NCBI GenBank assembly: GCA_021797795.1
Contig: JAJZZB010000006.1
Coordinates: 1-50,236, forward strand
DNA from: Actinomycetes bacterium
Lineage (GTDB): Bacteria > Actinomycetota > Acidimicrobiia > Acidimicrobiales > Bog-793
Direction: 5' to 3'
DNA length: 50,236 nt
Positions 19,331-31,165 of this stretch are shown in pieces. Each line of letters starts with the position of its first letter. The first letter of the stretch is position 1. The translations under genes and the position numbers were made by a program. The notes beneath the pieces were generated by a model. The model made no database searches. It worked only from the letters and a program-made list of their open reading frames with translations, and was not told where the DNA came from.

Positions 19331-20167
19331 TCAGGCCGCGGGCAGCCACTGCACGACGGCCACGTACTGCAGGCCCGTCAGCTGGGCCACCGGCTTCATG
19401 GTGATCTGTTGGGTCAGCGAGCCTCCTCGATCCTTCACCGAAGACACGGTACCCACGGGGATGCCGGCAGGGAAGGCAGCCCCCTGCAGGCCGCTCGTGA
19501 CGACGAGCTGGCCCTTGCGGGGCACCGACGCGCTCGCCGGCACGTCGGACAGGGTGAGCAGGTTGCCGAGGCCCTGGCCGTTGGCGACCGCGATCGTCCC
19601 GTCGGGCAGGCGCACCCCGACCCGGGAGCGCGGGTCGGTGATCAGCCGGACGACCGAGGTCGAGCGGCCGGCCGAGACGACCGTGCCGACGAGCCCGGCG
19701 CCCGAGACCACCGGCATCCCGCTGCCGACCCCGTCGGCCGTGCCCCGGTCGATCTCGAAGGTGAGCTCGAAGTTGGAGCTCGGGCCGGAGATGACGTTGG
19801 CCACGACGTCGGTCGAGTTCTGGAGGAAGGGGAGCTTCAGCACCGTGAGGAGCTGCTGGAGCTGCTGCTCGGCGTTCTGGTTCTCGAGGGCGAGGCGTCG
19901 CAGGTTGCCGAGCTGGCTGCGCAGCTCGGCGTTGTCGGCCTGGACGGCGCCGTAGTTGACGGCGCCGGCGAAGAAGTCACCGACCGGCTGGAAGACCTCC
20001 GAGAGCACGCGCTGCACCGGTGCCACGGCGTCGCGGGCGACGTTTCGCACCGAGGTGAGGGCCTGGCTGGCCGGTCCCCGGTAGTCGAGGGTGATGGCGG
20101 TGATGGACGCGAGGATGAGGATGACGAGCGTCAGTCGCTGGCTCGTGTTACGCCGGGCGGTCGCCAA
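19331..20167 (-). CDS. mreC: Rod shape-determining protein MreC
   Basis: TM + coiled coil, IDRGTADGV..GMPVV, GLVG.V, VVTSG, FPAGIPVG. Confidence 0.95.
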   Translation of the reverse strand: MATARRNTSQRLTLVILILASITAITLDYRGPASQALTSVRNVARDAVAPVQRVLSEVFQPVGDFFAGAVNYGAVQADNAELRSQLGNLRRLALENQNAEQQLQQLLTVLKLPFLQNSTDVVANVISGPSSNFELTFEIDRGTADGVGSGMPVVSGAGLVGTVVSAGRSTSVVRLITDPRSRVGVRLPDGTIAVANGQGLGNLLTLSDVPASASVPRKGQLVVTSGLQGAAFPAGIPVGTVSSVKDRGGSLTQQITMKPVAQLTGLQYVAVVQWLPAA

Positions 20168-20179
20168 CGCGACTCCGCG

Positions 20180-21211
20180 TCAGCGGTTCGAGGAGGAGCT
20201 GAGCACCTGCTTCAGTGCCTCGAACTCCTCGAGGCACATGCCGCTGCCGAGCGCGACGCAGTTCAGCGGGTCGGGTGCGACGACGATCGGCATGTGCGTC
20301 TCTGCTTGCAGCCTGACGTCCAGCCCGTGGAGGAGGGCGCCTCCTCCGGTGAGCACGATGCCCTGCTCCATGATGTCGGCGGCCAGCTCGGGCGGGCAGC
20401 GGTCCAAGGTGACCTTGACCGTGTCGACGATGGCGGCCACCGGCTCCTCGATCGCCTTGCGGATCTCCTCGGTCGTGGTGACGACGGTCTTCGGCAGGCC
20501 GGTCACGAGGTCACGCCCGCGGATCTCGGCGTGCAGCTCCTCCTCGAGCTCGCAGGCCGACCCGAGCGCGATCTTGATCTCCTCGGCGGTCCGCTCGCCG
20601 AGGGCGAGGGAGTACTCCTTCTTCACGAACGAGATGATCGCCTCGTCGAGCTCGTCGCCGCCGATGCGGATGGACTGGCTGACGACGATGCCCCCGAGGG
20701 AGATGACCGCCACCTCGGTCGTGCCGCCGCCGACGTCCACCACCATGTTGCCGGTCGGCTCGTGGATCGGCAGCCCGGCCCCGATGGCGGCCGCCATCGG
20801 CTCCTCGACGATGTAGGCCTTGCGGGCACCGGCGAACTCGGCCGCCTCCTGGACAGCCCGCTTCTCCACCCCCGTGATGCCCGACGGCACGCAGATGACC
20901 ATCCTCGGCTTGGAGAACCGACGGGGGTGGACCCGGCGGATGAAGTAGCGCAGCATCATCTCGCAGATCTCGAAGTCGGCGATGACTCCGTCCTTCAGCG
21001 GGCGGATCGCCTGGATGTTGCTCGGCGTGCGGCCGATCATCCGCTTCGCCTCCGCTCCGACGGCGAGCGGGTGGCCGTCCTTCACGTTGATCGCCACGAC
21101 GGACGGCTCGTTCAAGACGATGCCTTTGCCCCGTACGTAGACGAGCGTGTTGGCGGTACCGAGGTCCACGGCCATGTCGCGGCCGATGAACGAGAGGCTG
21201 TTCTCGGACAT
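20180..21211 (-). CDS. mreB: Rod shape-determining protein MreB
   Basis: DLGTANTLVYV, EPSVVA, RPLKDGVIADF, EEPMAAAIGA, DVGGGTTEVA, LTGGGALL. Confidence 0.98.
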   Translation of the reverse strand: MSENSLSFIGRDMAVDLGTANTLVYVRGKGIVLNEPSVVAINVKDGHPLAVGAEAKRMIGRTPSNIQAIRPLKDGVIADFEICEMMLRYFIRRVHPRRFSKPRMVICVPSGITGVEKRAVQEAAEFAGARKAYIVEEPMAAAIGAGLPIHEPTGNMVVDVGGGTTEVAVISLGGIVVSQSIRIGGDELDEAIISFVKKEYSLALGERTAEEIKIALGSACELEEELHAEIRGRDLVTGLPKTVVTTTEEIRKAIEEPVAAIVDTVKVTLDRCPPELAADIMEQGIVLTGGGALLHGLDVRLQAETHMPIVVAPDPLNCVALGSGMCLEEFEALKQVLSSSSNR

Positions 21212-21317
21212 GAGAGGAGGAGCTCCTTTGAAGGCGTGCCGGAGCGGTCGATATCAGGCTACGGGATGAAAGGCAAGCACTCAAGGCGGGGTGCTGTCCG
21301 CCCCCGCTTGCCGATGC

Positions 21318-21728
21318 TCAGGCTAGCCCGGGGAAGAAGATGGCGATCTCGCGGGCTGCCGACTCCGGGCCGTCGGATCCGTGGACCAGGTTCTCGGTCA
21401 TGAGGGTGCCGAAGTCTCCCCGGATCGTCCCCGGAGGCGCCTCGGCGGGGTTCGTCGGCCCCATCATCGTGCGCACGATCCTCCAGGTGTCGGGTGGGCC
21501 CTCGACCACCATCACGAACGAGGGGCTGCGGGTGATGAAGGCCACGAGGTCGCCGTAGAACGGCTTCCCGGCGTGCTCCTCGTAGTGGCGGGCAGCCGTC
21601 TCGTCGTCGATCGTCCGCAGCTCGGCGGCGACGAGCCTGAGGCCCTTGCGCTCCAGCCGGGCGGTCAGCTCGCCGACGAGACCGCGCTCGACGGCATCCG
21701 GCTTTGCGATCACCAGTGTTCTCTCCAC
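21318..21728 (-). CDS. ndk: Nucleoside diphosphate kinase
   Basis: ERTLVIAKPDAVERGLVG, PGTIRGDF, NLVHGSD, REIAIFF. Confidence 0.97.
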   Translation of the reverse strand: MERTLVIAKPDAVERGLVGELTARLERKGLRLVAAELRTIDDETAARHYEEHAGKPFYGDLVAFITRSPSFVMVVEGPPDTWRIVRTMMGPTNPAEAPPGTIRGDFGTLMTENLVHGSDGPESAAREIAIFFPGLA

Positions 21729-21784
21729 GGAGGGCGCACCCTACCGACCCGTCGCCCGGCGGGCCAGTCGGCGCCGAGGCCGGC

Positions 21785-23146
21785 TCAGGCCGGCGAGAGC
21801 AGCCCTCGGGCCGCCCCGACGACGTAGAGCGACCCGGTGACGAGCACGAGGTCGTCCTCTTCCGCCTGGGAGAGCGCCTCCCGGACGGCGTCGGCCACCT
21901 CGCCGGCGTCCTCGGACCCGATCCCGGCCGCCTTCGCCGCCTCGACGACGGCCGCTCCGGGAAGGGCGCGAGGGCTCGGCGGGGTGCAGGCGACCACCGA
22001 GACGACCCGCTCGCTCAGGATGCCCGAGAGCAGCTCGGCCGGGTCGTGGTGGCGGAGCGTCCCCATCACCACGATGATCCGGCGGGCCGCCTGGAAGTCC
22101 TCTGCCAGAGCGGCGCCGAGAGCGGCGGCGCCGGCCGGGTTGTGGGCACCGTCGACGACGACCTCGGGGCGGCGGCGCAGCACCTCGAGGCGGCCCGGCA
22201 CGCGCACCGACGCCAGTCCTTCCCGGACGATGTCCTCGGACAGCACGTCGCCGACGAAGCCCTGGGCGGCGGCGAGGGCGGCAGCGGCGTTGTCGGCCTG
22301 ATGGCCGCCCCGCACCGGGACGAAGACGTCCTCGTAGCGGGCGGCCGGCGTCCACAGGTCGGCCACCCGGCCGCCGACGGCCACTCTCACGTGGTCGGCT
22401 CCGAAGTCCCGTCCCCGCCGCCAGACCGACGCCGCCCCGACGGACTCCGCCTCGGCTTCGAAGATGGCGGCGATCTCCTCGTCCTGCTCGCCGAGGACGA
22501 GGACCGATCCGGGCTTCACGATGCCGGCCTTCTCGCCCGCGATGAGCGCCCGCGTGCCGCCGAGGAGGTCGGTGTGGTCGAGCTCGACGTTGGTCACCAC
22601 CGCCACCGCCGCCTTCGCCACGTTGGTGGCGTCGTAGCGCCCCCCGAGGCCGACCTCGAGGACGGCGGCGTCGACGGCCTCGTCGGCGAACCACCGGAAG
22701 GCCGCCGCCGTCACGAGCTCGAACCACGTCGGCTCGACGCCGATGAAGCGCTCGAGCTCCGCCAGGGCGGCGAGCTGGGCGGCGAGCTCCTCGTCGGAGA
22801 TCTCCCGGTCGTCGACGGCCAGCCGCTCGTTCACCCGGCCGAGGTGCGGGCTCGTGTAGGCGCCGACGTTCATCCCGGCCGCCCGCAGCAGGGCGGAGAC
22901 CATCCTCGTCGTCGAGCCCTTCCCGTTCGTGCCGGTGACGTGGACGACCGGGTAGGCGTGCTCGGGCGAGCCCATGGCATCGGTGAGGGCGGAGATCCGC
23001 TCGATCGAGGGCGCGCCGTGGCGCCCGGCCCTGCCGGACTCGATGGCCTCGAGGTTGATGTGCCGGTCCAGCCACGCGAGCGCCTCGCCGATGCTCGCGC
23101 CCGCTGGGCCGTCGGCCGGAGGCGAGAACGGGCCGGTCTCAGTCAG
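21785..23146 (-). CDS. folC: Folylpolyglutamate synthase/dihydrofolate synthase (probable CTG start at 23146; first ATG at 22975)
   Basis: [55 protein letters not shown]; frame open 57 codons upstream of ATG to a CTG with AAGGAG SD. Confidence 0.93.
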   Translation of the reverse strand: MTETGPFSPPADGPAGASIGEALAWLDRHINLEAIESGRAGRHGAPSIERISALTDAMGSPEHAYPVVHVTGTNGKGSTTRMVSALLRAAGMNVGAYTSPHLGRVNERLAVDDREISDEELAAQLAALAELERFIGVEPTWFELVTAAAFRWFADEAVDAAVLEVGLGGRYDATNVAKAAVAVVTNVELDHTDLLGGTRALIAGEKAGIVKPGSVLVLGEQDEEIAAIFEAEAESVGAASVWRRGRDFGADHVRVAVGGRVADLWTPAARYEDVFVPVRGGHQADNAAAALAAAQGFVGDVLSEDIVREGLASVRVPGRLEVLRRRPEVVVDGAHNPAGAAALGAALAEDFQAARRIIVVMGTLRHHDPAELLSGILSERVVSVVACTPPSPRALPGAAVVEAAKAAGIGSEDAGEVADAVREALSQAEEDDLVLVTGSLYVVGAARGLLSPA

Positions 23147-23218
23147 CGGGGAGCTCCTTTGCGACCACGGGGGCGTCGGCGCCGGGCGCGGCGCGGCCCG
23201 ATGTGGGTCCGGGGAGGA

Positions 23219-24496
<1,278 letters not shown>

Positions 24497-24505
24497 GCCT
24501 CCCCG

Positions 24506-25135
24506 TCAGGCAGCCCCGACGGCGCTCACCACGCCGACGGTCTCCCGGTTGCTGATTACCTCGTCGATGACTCCATAGTCGCGCGCCTCGTCGGCGCTCA
24601 TGATGAAGTCTCGATCCGTGTCGGCGTGGATCTTCGCGATCTCCTGGCCGGTGTCCTCGGCCAGGAGCTTGTTGAGAAGGTCACGCATGCGCAGGATCTC
24701 CTTCGCCTGCAGCTCGATGTCGGTGGCCTGGCCCGCCGCACCGCCGTAGGGCTGGTGGAGGAGGATCCTCGCGTGGGGCAGGGCGAAGCGCTTGCCCTTC
24801 GTGCCCGCCGCCAGGAGCACGGCGGCCGCCGAGGCCGCCTGCCCGAAGCAGAAGGTGGACTTGTCGGGCCGGACGAACTTCATCGTGTCGTAGATGGCGA
24901 ACAGCGCCGTGATGTCGCCGCCCGGCGAGTTGATGTAGACGTTGATGTCCTTCTCGGGGTCCTCGGACTCGAGGAAGAGCATCTGGGCACAGACGAGGTT
25001 TGCGATCGTGTCGTCGATCGGTGTCCCGATGAAGATGATGCGCTCACGGAGCAGCCGGGAGTACAGGTCGTAGGCCCGCTCCCCGCGGCTCGACTGTTCG
25101 ACGACAGTCGGAACGAGATAGTTCGACGCCCTCAA
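24506..25135 (-). CDS. clpP: ATP-dependent Clp protease proteolytic subunit
   Basis: [50 protein letters not shown]. Confidence 0.97.
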   Translation of the reverse strand: MRASNYLVPTVVEQSSRGERAYDLYSRLLRERIIFIGTPIDDTIANLVCAQMLFLESEDPEKDINVYINSPGGDITALFAIYDTMKFVRPDKSTFCFGQAASAAAVLLAAGTKGKRFALPHARILLHQPYGGAAGQATDIELQAKEILRMRDLLNKLLAEDTGQEIAKIHADTDRDFIMSADEARDYGVIDEVISNRETVGVVSAVGAA

Positions 25136-26562
25136 GCCTGCTCCTCCTCGGTCCCGTCGGGCTCGCCCCTCGCGACGGTAGCGCCGGCGGTCTCATCCTG
25201 TGCGAGCTCCGCCTCGTCTGTGGGCTCGGCGACGCCGGCCTCGGCCGGGGCCCCCTCTTGCTCCAACAGCAGCGCTCGGTCCATCGGGTTCCCCTGCTCG
25301 TCGAGGACTTCGACGTGCTCGATGAGCCACGTCGCAGCCTTCGAGTTCCTGATCTCCGAGCGTAGCCGCTCGAGGCCTGCGGTCTCGGCGAACTGGCGTG
25401 CGACCGTGGTGACCGGACGGCCGATCGACTCGGCATAGGCCGTGATCTCGGCGGCCACCTCCTCGTCGGAGACCTCGATGCTCTCCGCCTCGGCGAGGGC
25501 CCGGAGGGCGAGGTCGGCCCGGACCTGCTCGGCCGCCTGGCCCCGCAGCTCGGCCACGAGGCTCTCCAGGTCCTGGCCGGTCGCCTCGAGGTACTGCTCG
25601 AGAGTGATCTTGCGCTCCGCGAGGCGGGAGACGAAGTTGCTCTGGAGGCGCTCGAGCTCCTCGGCCACGAGGGTCTCGGGCATCTCCTCGTCGACGAGCT
25701 TGGAGAGCTCGGTGACGACCCCCTCGCGAAGGGCGTAGGTCGCCTGCAGCCGGTGCACGGTGCCGAGCTGCTGGCGGATGTCGGCCCGCAGCTCATCGAG
25801 GGTGTCGAACTCGGAGGCCTCCGATGCCCAGTCGTCGTCGGCCTCTGGGAGCACCTTCTCGCGCACCGTCTTCACCAGGACCTTCAACATGGCCGGGCCG
25901 CCCGGGGCGTCCGGTGCCTCCACCTCGACGATGTCGCCCGACTTGGCCCCCGCCAGCTTCTCGTCGACGCCGGGGGCCACCATGCCCGAGCCGAGCTCGT
26001 AGACGAAGTCGGTCGTCGAGAGGTCCCCGACAGGCTCGCCGTCGCGCGTGGCGCTCACGTCGACGGTGACGACGTCGCCCTCCCTGCCGGCCCGGTCGAC
26101 GTCGTTGAGCTGGGCGAACTGGTCCCGCAGGCGGTCGACACGCCGGTCGACCTCCTCCTCGCTGGCGACGGGAGAGGGGATGGTGACCTGCAGGCCCTCG
26201 TAGCCGGCCACCGACACCTTCGGGCGCACCTCGACGACGGCGCTGAAGGCGAGCGGGCCGTCCTGCTCGCCCGAGGTGATGTCGATCTCCGGAGCGGCGA
26301 TGGTGTCGAGTGCCGCCTCCTCGACCGCCTGCGCGTAGTACTCGGGGAGCGAGTGGCGGATGACCTCGTCCCGGATCACCTTCGGACCGAGGCGGACCTC
26401 GAGCAGACGGCGCGGCACCTTGCCGGGGCGGAAGCCCGGAACCCTGACCTCCCGCTGGAGGCGCTTCACCGTGTCGGCGACGGCGCCCTCGAGCTCTTCC
26501 TCGTCGACCTCGACGGAGAGCTTGACCCTGTTGCCTTCGAGAACCTCGGACGATGAGCGCAT
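25132..26562 (-). CDS. tig: Trigger factor
   Basis: ATG 26562; [10 protein letters not shown] ribosome-binding motif; acidic C-terminal tail; upstream of clpP. Confidence 0.96.
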   Translation of the reverse strand: MRSSSEVLEGNRVKLSVEVDEEELEGAVADTVKRLQREVRVPGFRPGKVPRRLLEVRLGPKVIRDEVIRHSLPEYYAQAVEEAALDTIAAPEIDITSGEQDGPLAFSAVVEVRPKVSVAGYEGLQVTIPSPVASEEEVDRRVDRLRDQFAQLNDVDRAGREGDVVTVDVSATRDGEPVGDLSTTDFVYELGSGMVAPGVDEKLAGAKSGDIVEVEAPDAPGGPAMLKVLVKTVREKVLPEADDDWASEASEFDTLDELRADIRQQLGTVHRLQATYALREGVVTELSKLVDEEMPETLVAEELERLQSNFVSRLAERKITLEQYLEATGQDLESLVAELRGQAAEQVRADLALRALAEAESIEVSDEEVAAEITAYAESIGRPVTTVARQFAETAGLERLRSEIRNSKAATWLIEHVEVLDEQGNPMDRALLLEQEGAPAEAGVAEPTDEAELAQDETAGATVARGEPDGTEEEQA

Positions 26563-26718
26563 ATGGCTTGCAGAGCCTACCGGTCGACCGACCCCCCACT
26601 CGCGAACTGCGCTGGCCGAGGGCGCCCCCTCGACGGGGGCGGCCGCCCCACCTAAACTCCCGCACGGAGCGCCGGGAAGCCTGGTCGGCACGTCCTCACC
26701 GACCCCGGAGGAGAGAGC

Positions 26719-27729
26719 GTGCCCGGAGACTCCCTCGCCACCGTGGTCGTCACCTTCGTGGTCGGCGCCGCCGCCGCCATCGCGGCGAGCTCCCTCCTCG
26801 TCCGGCGGCTCGAGCGCGTCGGGGGGAGCCTCGGCCTCTCCGAGGCCCTGATCGGGCTCGCCACGGCGCTCGCCGCCGACAGCCCGGAGATCACCTCTGC
26901 GGTCACGGCGCTGCACTCGGGCCATCGCACCGTCGGCATCGGGGTCGTCCTCGGTTCGAACCTGTTCAACCTCGCCGCCCTGCTCGGCATCGGGGCGATC
27001 GTGGCCGGACGGATCGAGCTGCACCGCCGGGTCATCCTGTTCGAGGGCGTCGTCTCGCTCTTCGTCGTGGCGGCGACGCTCGTCCTCGTCACTGGTGCCG
27101 CCGGCCCGGTGCCCGCCCTCGTCGTGGCGCTCGCCGGCTTCCTCCCCTACTGCGTCGTGATCGGGCTCGCCCCGCGCACGATCGGCCGCCTGCCGCTCCC
27201 TCGGCGCCTCCGGCGCTTTGTCGTGAGGGCCGTCTACGAGGAGGACGTCGAGGTCGGCCCGCACCCGGTCCAGCGCTCGCGTCCCGAGGCCCTCGACATC
27301 GCCCTCCTCGCCGCAGCCCTGCTCGTCGTCGTCGTCTCGAGCGTGGCGATGGAGCACGCCGGCGTGGCGCTCGGTGCGCGCTTCGGCTGGGCGGAGATCG
27401 TCGTCGGCGGGGTGCTGCTGGCGGCCGTGACGAGCCTGCCGAACGCCGTCGGCGCCGTCTACCTCGCCCGCCGGGGGCGAGGTGCCGCCGTGCTGAGCGA
27501 GGCCCTGAACTCGAACGCCCTCAACGTGGTCGTCGGGCTCCTCCTCCCGGCGATCGCCGTCGGCGTCGGGGCGGGAGGCTCGGGCGCGTTCGGCATCGCC
27601 GTGTGGTATGGGCTCCTCGGGACGGCGGTGCTCGCCCTCGCCTACGGGGCCGCCGGGCTCTCGCGGGCGAGCGGCGCCCTCGTCGTCGTCGCCTACGCCG
27701 GCTTCGTGGTCTGGCTCGTCCTCAGGTGA
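26719..27729 (+). CDS. Sodium:calcium antiporter (CaCA/YrbG family)
   Basis: Alpha-repeats AADSPEI...GSNLFN and VTSLPN...NSNALN; ~10 TM segments. Confidence 0.88.
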   Translation: MPGDSLATVVVTFVVGAAAAIAASSLLVRRLERVGGSLGLSEALIGLATALAADSPEITSAVTALHSGHRTVGIGVVLGSNLFNLAALLGIGAIVAGRIELHRRVILFEGVVSLFVVAATLVLVTGAAGPVPALVVALAGFLPYCVVIGLAPRTIGRLPLPRRLRRFVVRAVYEEDVEVGPHPVQRSRPEALDIALLAAALLVVVVSSVAMEHAGVALGARFGWAEIVVGGVLLAAVTSLPNAVGAVYLARRGRGAAVLSEALNSNALNVVVGLLLPAIAVGVGAGGSGAFGIAVWYGLLGTAVLALAYGAAGLSRASGALVVVAYAGFVVWLVLR

Positions 27730-27772
27730 GCCCTCCCGCAGGTACGCTCTGCCCCTTGGCGCTCGCGGTGCA

Positions 27773-27847
27773 CGGGGAGTGGCGCAGCTTGGTTAGCGCG
27801 CCTGCTTTGGGAGCAGGAGGCCGCGGGTTCGAATCCCGCCTCCCCGA
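27773..27847 (+). tRNA. tRNA-Pro(TGG)
   Basis: Acceptor CGGGGAG/CTCCCCG, anticodon arm CCTGC-TT-TGG-GA-GCAGG, T loop GGTTCGAATCC; CCA not encoded; TACGCT -10 upstream. Confidence 0.96.
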
Positions 27848-27889
27848 CGTGGCTCTGTCCGACAGCCGCGGCGATGCGGCCCGCAGCCG

Positions 27890-28144
27890 ATGAAGCTCAA
27901 GCTCGACCTGCACGACATCTACAACAAGGGCCGCGACATCGACGCCGCCCTCGCCGGGATCCTCGACGAAGCCGAGAGGAAGAAGGCCTCGGTCGTCGAG
28001 ATCATCCCGGGCAAGGGGTCGGGCGCACTGAAGAAGCACGTCCTTCGCTTCCTCGAGCAACAGGACGTGAAAGCGCGCTACCAGCGGGTCGAGAAGGACT
28101 CGAAGAACTGGGGGCGGCTCTTCGTCCACTTCCGGTGGAAGTGA
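27890..28144 (+). CDS. Stand-alone Smr/MutS2 domain protein
   Basis: KLDLHD...VEIIPGKGSGALK...NWG; 84 aa. Confidence 0.87.
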   Translation: MKLKLDLHDIYNKGRDIDAALAGILDEAERKKASVVEIIPGKGSGALKKHVLRFLEQQDVKARYQRVEKDSKNWGRLFVHFRWK

Positions 28145-29067
28145 CCCCCGGCGAGCGGCCCCCCGTCGTGGCCCTGCTCCCCGCCGGCGAGCTCGCCCTC
28201 GACCTCGCGCCGGCCGTACGGGCCGCCGGGCTGGAGGCGACGTCCGACCCGGCGGCGGCGGATGCCCTTGTGTGGTGCTCGTGGCGGCCGACCGGGCTCG
28301 CTCAGGCGCTCGAGGCCGCGCCGCAGTCCAGATGGGTCCAGCTCTCCTATGCCGGGGTCGAGCACTTCCTCGGGCTCATCGACGACTCGAGGACCTGGAC
28401 CTGCGCCAAGGACATCTACGGCATGAGCGTGGCCGAGCTCGCCCTCGGGCTCCTCCTCGCCGGTGTGCGGGGCATCGACCGGTACCTGAGAGCGTCTTCG
28501 TGGCGACGGCTCGAGCAGGGGACGCTCCGGGGCGCCACCGTGCTCGTCTTCGGCGCCGGTGGGATCGGTCGTTCGCTCACCGGGATGCTGGGGCCCCTCG
28601 GGCCCCGTGTCCTCGTCGCCTCCCGCTCGGGCAGGCCCGTCGCCGGCGCCGAGGCGCTCACCGCCGCCGAGGGCCGCGAGGCGGTGGCGAGCTCCGACGC
28701 CGTCGTCCTCGCCGTGCCCCTCACCGAGGAGACCAAGGGCCTCGTCGACTCGGACTTCCTCGCCGACATGAAGCCGACCGCCTGGCTCGTCAACGTCGCC
28801 CGGGGTGGCGTCGTCGTGACCGACGACCTCGTCCGGGCGCTCGAGGAGCACACGATCGCCGGTGCCGCGCTCGACGTCACCGACCCCGAGCCACTGCCCG
28901 ACGGGCATCGGCTCTGGCAGCTCGACAACGCCATCGTCACACCGCACGTGGCCAGCAGCGACGAGCTCGGCGCCGCCGACCTGGCGGCCCTCGTCGAGGA
29001 GAACTGCCGCCGGTTCCGGACTGGCCGGCCCCTTCGCGGGGTCGTCGACCCGGCGGCGGGCTACTGA
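28141..29067 (+). CDS. D-isomer specific 2-hydroxyacid dehydrogenase
   Basis: WVQL..AGVE, GAGGIG, PLTEETKGL, LVNVARG, ALDVTDPEPLP, IVTPHVA; GTG overlaps Smr TGA. Confidence 0.93.
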   Translation: MTPGERPPVVALLPAGELALDLAPAVRAAGLEATSDPAAADALVWCSWRPTGLAQALEAAPQSRWVQLSYAGVEHFLGLIDDSRTWTCAKDIYGMSVAELALGLLLAGVRGIDRYLRASSWRRLEQGTLRGATVLVFGAGGIGRSLTGMLGPLGPRVLVASRSGRPVAGAEALTAAEGREAVASSDAVVLAVPLTEETKGLVDSDFLADMKPTAWLVNVARGGVVVTDDLVRALEEHTIAGAALDVTDPEPLPDGHRLWQLDNAIVTPHVASSDELGAADLAALVEENCRRFRTGRPLRGVVDPAAGY

Positions 29068-29091
29068 GTCACCTGTGAACGAGCGCCGTCG

Positions 29092-29862
29092 TCAGCCGAA
29101 GCGCTCGAGCGCCATAGCGGCCGCGAGCACGACCACCCCCCACGACAGCGCGTGCAGCGCCTGCTCGATCGGTTCGATCAGGAACGCCTCGTCGATCCGC
29201 CGGACGCCGGCCCTCTTTGACACGAGCACGCCTTCGACGTGCTCGGTGGACCGGCGAACCAGCCGTGCGCGGGCGCTGAGAGACCGCTGGGCACGCGAGA
29301 GGGCGTAGGCCGCCACCGCCGCCAGGACAGCCGCCGGGGCGAGGGTGCGCGCCTCGGCCACGTAGCCGACGAGGACGGGAAAGGAGCCCCAGGAGAGGGC
29401 GAAGACGGCGTCGCGGTGGACGGCGCCGTGGAACAGCTCCATGTCGTAGGCGACGACGAGGAAGACGCCGACCACGATGAAGGGGAGGAGCACGAGCCCG
29501 ACTCGCAGGATGCCGAGCACGCCGAGGAGGACGGCACCGCCGAGACCGGCGACCGAGGCTCCAAGCAGCGCCGTCGAGGAGATGGCGGTGCCGAGCGGCC
29601 GCCCATGCAGCTCGTCGAGGCAGTGGGCTGCCACCCCGACGGCGAGGAAGAAGGCGAGCAGGCTGCCGGCGAGCGGGACGACGTCTCCCTCCGGGGCGAG
29701 CGCAGCGCCGATCACGACGTAGCCGAGATGCCAGGCCGTGTACGGGGGATGGAGCACGGTCCACCACTCCCGCCATGGCCGGCCGGGGCCTGCCGCGTAG
29801 AAGGCCGGCCGCCGGATCCTCTCCGCCGCCGTCGACTCCTCCGGGGCCCGGCGCTCAGTCAC
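29092..29862 (-). CDS. Polytopic membrane protein, possibly UbiA-superfamily-like
   Basis: ~7 TM; LHPPYTAWHL, AHCLDELHGRPL; overlaps stop of the upstream methyltransferase. Confidence 0.7.
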   Translation of the reverse strand: MTERRAPEESTAAERIRRPAFYAAGPGRPWREWWTVLHPPYTAWHLGYVVIGAALAPEGDVVPLAGSLLAFFLAVGVAAHCLDELHGRPLGTAISSTALLGASVAGLGGAVLLGVLGILRVGLVLLPFIVVGVFLVVAYDMELFHGAVHRDAVFALSWGSFPVLVGYVAEARTLAPAAVLAAVAAYALSRAQRSLSARARLVRRSTEHVEGVLVSKRAGVRRIDEAFLIEPIEQALHALSWGVVVLAAAMALERFG

Positions 29863-30600
29863 CTGCCTTGCGCCCCCACATGACGAGACCGCCGCCGAGG
29901 CTCATCGTCCTCATCTGCACCGAGTCCATGCCGGCCCGCTCCCAGGCGGCCTTGGTCCAAGAGACCGGGAAGCGGCGGTAGTGCCGCGAGATGCTCGGCC
30001 CGAGGAAGCGCCCGACGTCGTACCACTGCCTTCCGCCCGTGGCGGCGCCGGCGACCGGGAGCACGAGGCGCGTGTAGCACCACCAGGCCGCCCGCCAGTG
30101 CGCCGCCGAGGGGACGGCGAACTCGAGGCTCGCCATCACCCCGCCGGGCCGGACGACCCGGACGAGCTCCCCGAGGACCGCCTCGGGATCGGGGACGTAG
30201 CGCAGCAGGTAGGTGAAGGTGAGGGCGTCGAAGGTGCCGTCCTCGAACGGGAGGCGCTCCCCGCTCGCCCGCACGAAGGTGATGCGCCCCCCGAGGCCGT
30301 CTGTCGCGACGAGCCGGACGCCGTCTCGAGCATGGACTGGGTGACGTCCAGCCCGACCACCCGGGCCTGCCCGCGCCGTGCCAGCTGGCGGGCGACCCCG
30401 GCCGGCCCGGTCGCCACGTCGAGGATGAGCTCGGGCGCCTCGGCGAGGGCGTGGCCCACCATCTCCCTCCTCCAGCGGGCGTTCTGCCCGAACGAGAGCC
30501 ACTCGGCCAGCCGGTCGTAACGCTCCGGCAGCGGTGCGAAGAGGCGCTGGGCGAAGCGGCTCGACCGGCCGCCCGAGGACAGGGACGCCTGAGCGTGCAT
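29855..30600 (-). pseudogene. UbiE/MenG-like class I SAM methyltransferase with 1-nt frameshift (pseudogene or sequencing error)
   Basis: N-half (YDRLAEWLSFGQNARWR, LDVATGPA, GLDVTQSML) and C-half (ERLPFEDGTFDALTFTYLLRYV, RVVRPGG..LEF) lie in different frames; span 746 nt = 3n-1; break at ~30323. Confidence 0.85.
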
Positions 30601-30700
30601 CGCGAGAGGATCGCGCAGCGCTCGGCCCTTCGCCCGGTCGGGGCGAGACCGTCGCCGCCTCACCTGCGAGCGGCCTGCCGCTTCGTGCTCAACTGGCGCC

Positions 30701-31144
30701 ATGACCGTCTCCAGACTCGGCGTGCCTGCCGGGCTCGACCCTTCGGTGCCGTACGGCTATGCGAGCCTCTTGCAGGCCGGCGAAGCCCTCCTCGTGGCGG
30801 CAGGCGCCTGCCCGATCGACGACCAGGGCCGGGTACCCGAGCCGGACGATCTCGCCGCCCAGGCGCGCCGGGCGGTCTCGAACCTGGCGGCGGTCCTGCG
30901 CGAGGCCGGAGCGGGGCTCGAGGACGTCTTCGGGACCACCGTCTACGTGGCGACGAGCGACCGCCGCGAGCTGGTGGATGCCTACGAGGCAGTCCGAGCG
31001 GAGTTCCACGGCTGCGACCCGCCGAGCACGCTCGTCGGCGTCACCTTGCTCGGCTACCCGAACCAGCGCCTCGAGGTGGCGGCCCTCGCCGCCGTCGGCG
31101 CCCCACCGGCTCGCTCGCAAGAGCCGCCTTCTCGACGTCGGTGA
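30701..31144 (+). CDS. RidA/YjgF family protein
   Basis: AGACP.D..G, QARRAVSNL..VL..AG, TTVYV, PPSTLVGV..LGYP.Q..EV.A.A. Confidence 0.88.
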   Translation: MTVSRLGVPAGLDPSVPYGYASLLQAGEALLVAAGACPIDDQGRVPEPDDLAAQARRAVSNLAAVLREAGAGLEDVFGTTVYVATSDRRELVDAYEAVRAEFHGCDPPSTLVGVTLLGYPNQRLEVAALAAVGAPPARSQEPPSRRR

Positions 31145-31165
31145 GGGTCGTGGTATCCAGTGCCG

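Noticed and set aside
26563-27357. N-terminal extension of trigger factor
   Set aside because: Antisense to the CaCA antiporter; tig homology begins at ATG 26562
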